A stretch of DNA of 64,000 nucleotides from Janthinobacterium lividum. GTDB lineage: Bacteria > Pseudomonadota > Alphaproteobacteria > Rhizobiales > Beijerinckiaceae. Position 1 is the first letter of the stretch. Each line of letters begins with the position of its first letter. Position numbers and translations under genes: made by a program. Positions 58,550 through 64,000 of the stretch are shown piece by piece. The stretch covers positions 22,123 through 86,122 of the forward strand of contig JBPBQY010000044.1 of the NCBI GenBank assembly GCA_050920985.1, read 5' to 3'. The notes under the pieces were generated by a model that was given only the letters and a program-made list of their open reading frames with translations, did no database searches and was not told where the DNA came from.

Positions 58550-59458
58550 ATGAAATCCGAGTGGGAGCTTTTCGTTGTCGGCAAGGGTCCGCCGGTACCA
58601 AGCAACAGCAGCTGGAGACCATTGCTGGCCGTACATCACGGTACTCATCTTAAGGCCGCCGGTCGCATCGCCGAAGACGAACGCATCGCCAGCGACCTAG
58701 TCGCTGATGGCAGACTAGCCAGCACGAGGGAGAAGTTCGTTTTCACGACGCCGAAGAGATGGCCTGACGGCAATCGGTATGGAAGCTTCGAATTCGAGCT
58801 CGACTGGCTCCACGTGATCAAGGGTCGTCAGCTTTATTGGGTCGAAAGCCTCGCTGGATATGAGGTTCCAGTTTTCCGGATCCTAGCATCGCGAAAGGAC
58901 GTAAGCGCTTTACCGGTTGTCCCATACGATCCCGTGGCGGACCAAGGTCCTGTCCGGCTGGTCGGTACCGAGTGGTACTGGGCGCGCGATCATGCGGCGG
59001 AAATCCTGCTTGACGAGGACGTACCGCTCGCGGACATCAATACGCTCTCGTTCGCAAAACACGACGACAAGCGTTGTAGCCAGCGACCGGGCGGATCATG
59101 CCCTGAGGCGGGAGCAGCCAATAGCTGGCACTCTCATGCTGCTTTGATGAGCATGTTGCTCGGCCGCCGCCTAACCTCGCTGGACAAGCTTTTGGTTCAG
59201 AATGGGAAGTTCTCGCCGGGAGCATTCAACGCTTTGGGTTGGTTGTGGTTCTACTTAGGAGGTGTGCGGTCGAGAACCGGGCCATTGGCGAACGATGCGC
59301 AGGCAGCGGACCTGCTGCGCTCGGCGCTTCTTCTCTTGCATGCCGGCGACCGCGATGGCGCACTTCAGGTGCTCGATCTGGTCGACGCTCAATCACGGGT
59401 TCTTCAGTCATTCGAGCAGGCCATCGAAGGCCATTTCGGTGTTCCTGCCTGGGATTGA
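58550..59458 (+). CDS. Hypothetical protein with putative ADP-ribosyltransferase (DarT/HYE-like) fold
   Basis: HHGTH...A.RI, FVFTTP..W..GNRYG, AEILLDEDVPL.DI resembling the DarT AEFLV..VP..I catalytic strand. Confidence 0.55.
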   Translation: MKSEWELFVVGKGPPVPSNSSWRPLLAVHHGTHLKAAGRIAEDERIASDLVADGRLASTREKFVFTTPKRWPDGNRYGSFEFELDWLHVIKGRQLYWVESLAGYEVPVFRILASRKDVSALPVVPYDPVADQGPVRLVGTEWYWARDHAAEILLDEDVPLADINTLSFAKHDDKRCSQRPGGSCPEAGAANSWHSHAALMSMLLGRRLTSLDKLLVQNGKFSPGAFNALGWLWFYLGGVRSRTGPLANDAQAADLLRSALLLLHAGDRDGALQVLDLVDAQSRVLQSFEQAIEGHFGVPAWD

Positions 59459-59749
59459 CTCAGGTCAGAATTTTGCTGATTGCGGGCACCTTGGTTTGCC
59501 CACCCTCGGACTAGACTAAGCGCTGCGAACATCGTCTCTCCGCTACGATTGGGTCAGGGCACTCTTGTTCCGAGAAGGGCGATGATCGGCAGTGACTGGT
59601 CTCGGCAAACGGCCGCTGGCGACCCGATGTCATCGCAGAAGGACAAGGAAGTTTCATGTACCATCTTGGTGCTGCGGCGGCCCGAGTCGGGCGAGCGCTA
59701 CCATTGTGGTCTGAGACAGCGCTGACGTGCAGAACGGGAGGGGACTGAC

Positions 59750-60115
59750 GTGGGAGGCGCACGCTTTGCAAGAACATGGTGCATATTATGCGCTATTTTG
59801 ATAGCAGCTTTAGGTGCCGCAAACATATTTTTGGGCGTGATCTACAACATCGACCCATCCATTGGCTATCAGCACACATTCTTTGTGATCGCAAGCATAT
59901 GGATGCTTCCTCCCTTAGTACTTTTTTTAGCTAGATGGGATCCTATGTACGATTGGTTTCTCCGGAAATGTAAGGAGAAGCAGCCACAGCTCGACGCCGA
60001 GTACCAAACCCGGTTGTTGGTGATCGTTTCTAGTTTCTGCGTCATATTCTCATTGTATTGTTCCTATAAAGATTATGCCGTTATCGTGTGGCACGTTACC
60101 AAGTTCAATTTTTAG
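59750..60115 (+). CDS. Hypothetical small membrane protein (about 3 TM)
   Basis: Three hydrophobic stretches; AT-rich codons; GGGA upstream. Confidence 0.55.
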   Translation: MGGARFARTWCILCAILIAALGAANIFLGVIYNIDPSIGYQHTFFVIASIWMLPPLVLFLARWDPMYDWFLRKCKEKQPQLDAEYQTRLLVIVSSFCVIFSLYCSYKDYAVIVWHVTKFNF

Positions 60116-60453
60116 CTGCTTGTCTCCACCGGTTCGGTTCATCGCTACCGAGAAGGACCGTTACCGGAGGCAACCGATCGAGGTTGCTGGACACCTATGC
60201 CGTCGCACACGAAAAGCACGACCGGCGAAGCGGTTGATCGCTGCAAGTCTCGGCGCTAAAGGGTGCGTCGCGTCGTACAGCCGTGTTCGCTTCGCTTTCT
60301 GAATATCCGAAGCGAACTCACCGCTTCGACCGCTATAGGTGAGACTTGGCTGATAGCAGCGTGCATGTGAGGGGTGTGGCAGGTGTAGTAACGATCTCTC
60401 GTCCGGTGGAATCCGGTGCTGCGTCGCTCACCGTCCGACGTGAGGAGGAATGA

Positions 60454-61005
60454 ATGGGTTGCTCTCGCGCGCTGTTTCTGTGCGTCCCTCTGGTAGTTTT
60501 CGCGGTGACGCAGGGCGCATATCGGATCTATCTTCCGCACCTCCCAACGGCTCTCGCCTACTGGCATGCCCCAGGCGGGCCTAGCGGTCCCTATTACAGC
60601 CCATTCCTGTCTAACCAGACGGAGCTTAACGATCAGAACTTCAGTTTCTTTTGGATCTGTATTGGGTTGAACGCGACGTTTTGCATCCTGTGGGTGTCGG
60701 CTGGATTGTGGGTGACGTTCAGGCGTTGGTCCGAAACGATCAAACGACGGCGCCTCCAACAAGGAGATGATCAACTGCTGGCTCAGATGTTTGCCGCTAT
60801 CGCACTGTGCCTCTGGTTCCTCTTCGGGAATATTCCAGGGCGAGTGCATGGCGTCTATGAGGCAGTGATGGTCGAAAATCTATACATGTACGTATACATT
60901 TATGCGATTTTTGTTTACTTAACGGTGGGCATCGCTGCCTTCATTGTCGTGTACGGGTTCGCCCTGCGTGCCTTTCGACGGGAAAGGTTGGGACTGATGC
61001 GGTGA
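60454..61005 (+). CDS. Hypothetical membrane protein (about 4 TM)
   Basis: RBS GAGGA; hydrophobic aromatic-rich helices. Confidence 0.55.
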   Translation: MGCSRALFLCVPLVVFAVTQGAYRIYLPHLPTALAYWHAPGGPSGPYYSPFLSNQTELNDQNFSFFWICIGLNATFCILWVSAGLWVTFRRWSETIKRRRLQQGDDQLLAQMFAAIALCLWFLFGNIPGRVHGVYEAVMVENLYMYVYIYAIFVYLTVGIAAFIVVYGFALRAFRRERLGLMR

Positions 61006-61296
61006 TGCAGACCGTATTCCACCCCGAGTGGCCGTCCGACTGGTACGTTTGGGTGTGCCCTAAGCGAAGTGGACAGGTCGCTTCGTTTGGCTCCGATGAC
61101 GGGGCATTCAAATCGAAGTTTCTCAATCGAACCACCTAAAATGAAGCACTTTTCGATAGTGGACCGACGGCCGAGTGACGCTGCCTGGACAACTAATTTG
61201 CAGCCACCATCCGCGATCGCGCTACGCCCGGGATGAGTTGGGACCGGAGCACGACTTGCTCCAGGACCCCTCCGGTAATTGCCCTTTTCGGAACGT

Positions 61297-61329
61297 AAAA
61301 AGGGCGCCCCGGCCGACCCGGGACGCCCT
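61297..61329 (-). terminator. Intrinsic terminator on the minus strand
   Basis: Plus strand AAAAAGGGCGCCCCGG-CCGA-CCCGGGACGCCCT = GC hairpin plus T-run on minus, downstream of the PemK-like remnant. Confidence 0.6.
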
Positions 61330-61409
61330 GGCACGTAGCTCCCCCGAGGAAAACGGACACCCTTCCGGAGCCGCAAGTCCATTCAGTATAGGCACGGCTG
61401 TCCCGGGGC

Positions 61410-61618
61410 TCAAGCCGAGTGCGGCGCCAGCGCCGGGAAACGGCGCAGCACCAGCGCCAGCACCGCCGTGAACTCCTCCGGAGGCAGGCGATGCCGGCCG
61501 GAGCGGTCGAGCGACAGTCGGCTGACCGCGACCGTGGTAGGCTTATCGCACACGGCCCAGGACGGTCCTGCCCCGTCGATCGCCGTGGCGAGCTGCACGG
61601 CCCAGGGATTAGCATCCT
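61410..61618 (-). pseudogene. C-terminal remnant of a PemK/MazF-like toxin
   Basis: DANPWAVQLATAIDG.GPSWAVCDKPTTVAVSRL...L..EEF..VL.LVL; in-frame TAG immediately upstream, N-terminal half absent. Confidence 0.55.
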
Positions 61619-61715
61619 AGTCCTGAGACGACCACGGAACCACTACGACGGTCCGGAAGGCAGATTTCGGAGAAGCTGAACAGAGCAGTACAGCCGAAAC
61701 GCTCTGCTCAACGAC

Positions 61716-61762
61716 TGGCTGGGGGACCTGGATTCGAACCAAGATTGACGGAGTCAGAGTCC
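61716..61762 (-). repeat. att site: 47-nt 3' fragment of tRNA-Gln(CTG) ending in CCA
   Basis: Minus strand GGA-CTCTGAC-TCCGTCAATCTTGGTTCGAATCCAGGTCCCCCAGCCA; 5' half absent. Confidence 0.9.
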
Positions 61763-61878
61763 AAAAAAGCCGGTTTTGAGCACCTTTAACGGGCTTTGCT
61801 AAGCCGAAATTGCTGAGCGAAATCAACGAAACGAGCTGTAACGAGCTTCGTTGACCATCGGTCCGTTTTGCGTCATCT

Positions 61879-61947
61879 GCTTACCTGCCGCTTACCCGCT
61901 CGGGGTGTCCATTGATCTAGGGCGCCCTCGGGTAAGCAGCTTACCCG
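61879..61947. promoter_or_regulatory. GCTTACC repeat array and perfect palindrome (putative integrase arm-type/operator sites)
   Basis: GCTTACC at 61879 and 61890 (11-bp spacing); CGGGTAAGC-A-GCTTACCCG at 61929-61947, abutting the RBS. Confidence 0.6.
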
Positions 61948-61957
61948 GAGGCGAGGC

Positions 61958-63151
61958 GTGCCGACAATCAAGCTCAATCAGCGCGCAGTCGACGCCCTCG
62001 CATTCGAGGGTAAGCGCAACATTGTATGGGATGCGGGGACGCCCGGCTTTGGGGTTATCGTCTACGCCACGTCCAAGGCCTACACGGTCCAATATCGGGT
62101 TGACGGGCAATCCCGCCGGGTGAACCTCGGGTCAACGGCCGAGCACAGCTTCAAGGCCGCTCGCGACAAGGCGGCAGACATCCTCCAGGCGGCCCGTAAG
62201 GGAACGGACCTGATCTCGCCTCCGGTCGCGAAGCGAGTCACGTTCCAAGCCTGCGCTGAAGAGTGGATGAAGCTCAAAAGGCCCGAGTGGTCCCCCGCCA
62301 CCTATGAGGATTACGAGGACCGCTTTTCCAGGCTCATCTTCGCTCGACAGAATGGCGACGGTGCTGAGGTCGGGATCGGCGCCAAGGCGCTACAGGACGT
62401 CTCCCCGGTAGACGTGGAGAAGCTACACGCGAGCATGGTCGGAAGTCCTCGAAATCAGAGCTACACGGTCACGCTTATCAAGGCCGTGTTCAACTATGCC
62501 GTTCGGGCGAAACACCTCGACCCCTCGCACCACAATCCCGCAAACTTGGCACAGCTCCCCCGCAACAAGGATGCCGAGCCGAAAGAGCAGCGTGTCCTAA
62601 CCGGCCCGGAGGTGGAGAAGTTGGGCAAGGCGCTCGCCGCTATGGAAGCCGCTGGCGAAGTCTCCCCCCATCTCGCGGGACTTCTACGAATCTCCCTACT
62701 GTGCGGATTGCGGCCCGGTGAGGCTCGAAGCGTGAAGTGGGAGAATGTGGACCTAGACAGTCGCATCATGCGCGTGACGGGGAAGACGGGCACTCGGCGC
62801 GTGCCGCTGTCGGACGCTGCGGTCGAGGTGCTGAAGCGGGTCCATGAGTACCGGCAGGCCGCGAACCCTTACGTCTTCATAGGTCGCGTGACAGGGCAGC
62901 ACCTTGTCGGGATCGCAAAGCAGCTCGACAGGATTGCCGAGCGGGCAGGGGTGCCGCGCTTCAACCCCTATGTCTTCCGCCACAGTGCCGCGACACAGTC
63001 ACTCGCGGGCGGCGCCGACGTGCGAGCTGTGCAAGCGCTGCTGGGGCATACTGACTTGAAGACGACGATGGTCTACCTTCATGCGGATGAGGACCGGAAG
63101 CGGAAAGCGGTGGGTCACGTTGAGGCGTTCGCGAAAGCATTTGCAAAATGA
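61958..63151 (+). CDS. Tyrosine recombinase/integrase with N-terminal arm-binding domain
   Basis: WD...PGFGV.V......Y.VQYR..G..RR..LG; catalytic CGLRPGE, GKTG, YVFRHS.AT, LLGH....TT.VY. Confidence 0.95.
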   Translation: MPTIKLNQRAVDALAFEGKRNIVWDAGTPGFGVIVYATSKAYTVQYRVDGQSRRVNLGSTAEHSFKAARDKAADILQAARKGTDLISPPVAKRVTFQACAEEWMKLKRPEWSPATYEDYEDRFSRLIFARQNGDGAEVGIGAKALQDVSPVDVEKLHASMVGSPRNQSYTVTLIKAVFNYAVRAKHLDPSHHNPANLAQLPRNKDAEPKEQRVLTGPEVEKLGKALAAMEAAGEVSPHLAGLLRISLLCGLRPGEARSVKWENVDLDSRIMRVTGKTGTRRVPLSDAAVEVLKRVHEYRQAANPYVFIGRVTGQHLVGIAKQLDRIAERAGVPRFNPYVFRHSAATQSLAGGADVRAVQALLGHTDLKTTMVYLHADEDRKRKAVGHVEAFAKAFAK

Positions 63152-63525
63152 TACGTCGCTTGAAGACATTCTTTTCTGATGTGCATCCCAAGTTTATTGA
63201 AGCTACCGGCATAGCGCTGGTTCTGGCCGCTGCGCTTTGGTCTTATTACACCAAAGAAGCTCTTGATACCAAACTACAAAGAAATGAAGCGAAACTCCTC
63301 AACCTCAGGCTAGTTGGAATTGAGCAGATGATTGCTGCGGATCACGCACTGCGCAAAGAATTCCTTTTTGAAGATCGCGACAATTTCGATGCTGCATATA
63401 AAGCGATTGATGATTTAAGAAATGATGGGACCTATAAAATGCTCTCCTGGTTGAAGCTAAGTATGTATTCATGTGGGACCATTCTTCTAATTGCAGCAAA
63501 GATAAAAGAGGGTTTGAAAAGATGA
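63148..63525 (+). CDS. Hypothetical 2-TM protein translationally coupled to the integrase
   Basis: ATGA overlap; hydrophobic helices near both ends with a coiled linker; AT-rich. Confidence 0.65.
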   Translation: MIRRLKTFFSDVHPKFIEATGIALVLAAALWSYYTKEALDTKLQRNEAKLLNLRLVGIEQMIAADHALRKEFLFEDRDNFDAAYKAIDDLRNDGTYKMLSWLKLSMYSCGTILLIAAKIKEGLKR

Positions 63526-63581
63526 TGGCTCTGAAAAGCGGTTACCTCACAAGCTACGGGTAACGAGCGACGTGAAGCAGC

Positions 63582-64000
63582 TTAATTTAATGCCCACTGC
63601 GAAATTAAGTTCGCCTCGCCTATCGGCACTTGTAGTAGCTGAAATCGTGCAACGAGCCCATCTTGACCCGGTATAAAATTGACAATGCAAGGTATTGCCT
63701 CTGGTTTCGGCGCGCTCAATTCGACCAATCTCGCATAGTATACTTTTATTAATTCAATAGCGTTGCCAGAGTCATGCATCAGATATGCCATCAGCCGCTT
63801 ATGACTTTCTAAATATTCGATTGATGAAATATATATTTCTAGGCTTTCATATCCCTCTCGAATGATTTCCGACTTGAAAGATTCCTGAACTTTTCGGTTA
63901 CTTAATAGCTGTTGAGTATCTATCCTCATACTTATTTCAAGTTTAGGCGACTTAGTATTTACGTCGTTTATGGAAATGGGCACAGTAGTTATGGGAGGCT
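63582..64000 (-). CDS. 3' part of a low-GC hypothetical gene (5' end off window)
   Basis: Frame stays open to base 64000; no family recognised. Confidence 0.55.
   Translation of the reverse strand, partial: PPITTVPISINDVNTKSPKLEISMRIDTQQLLSNRKVQESFKSEIIREGYESLEIYISSIEYLESHKRLMAYLMHDSGNAIELIKVYYARLVELSAPKPEAIPCIVNFIPGQDGLVARFQLLQVPIGEANLISQWALN

Larger units (their letters stand above)
54629..61762. mobile_element. Integrase-less genomic islet between two tRNA-Gln 3' direct repeats, carrying defence-like cargo
   Basis: Flanking tRNA fragments; GC drop (spot count 24/60 on line 57481 vs 47/60 on line 52681). Confidence 0.75.
61763..64000. mobile_element. Left end of an integrative element (prophage/island) inserted at tRNA-Gln; continues beyond the window
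   Basis: att fragment plus adjacent tyrosine integrase plus low-GC cargo (spot count 24/60 on line 63841). Confidence 0.8.

Noticed and set aside
59590-59728. Fragment reading GRWRPDVIAEG as a PD-(D/E)xK nuclease remnant
   Set aside because: Too short, preceded by a stop codon, and no downstream (D/E)xK motif
60286-60316. 9-bp inverted repeat TTCGCTTCG/CGAAGCGAA as a retron or ncRNA element
   Set aside because: No reverse transcriptase in the window and no msr/msd architecture; probably a simple terminator-like hairpin
61716-61762. Intact tRNA-Gln
   Set aside because: The upstream 27 nt cannot form the acceptor or D stems (no TGGGGGA)

Overview
High-GC alphaproteobacterial chromosome segment (Hyphomicrobiales-like; the taxon is inferred from gene style, HWE kinase, porin-like peptide and REP-type repeats). 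Bases 1-54.5 kb are mostly housekeeping, stress and transport genes. They include a stress cluster (acyl-CoA dehydrogenase-like, PIG-L deacetylase, NodS-like methyltransferase, GT2), msrB, a GGDEF-EAL protein, an Fe3+ ABC transporter, ndh, ada, a sugar ABC transporter, ettA, betC, gshB and a two-component system. Two clusters stand out in this part. One is a pyrD-pyrF-pyrE-pyrB operon whose enzymes carry motifs unlike the usual alphaproteobacterial types. The other is a larC-larE-larB-nickel transporter operon with no larA, divergent from an aldo/keto reductase. From 54.6 kb the GC drops. Two 3'-only tRNA-Gln(CTG) fragments (54580-54628 and 61716-61762) act as att-like direct repeats of tandem integrated elements. 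The left, integrase-less element (about 7.1 kb) carries a SIR2-STAND-TPR (Avs/NLR-like) protein, an unannotated DarT-like ADP-ribosyltransferase-fold ORF with no visible antitoxin, two membrane proteins and a PemK-like remnant. The right element starts with a tyrosine integrase preceded by repeated GCTTACC sites and runs off the window. All family calls come from motif recognition by eye; no database searches were run.
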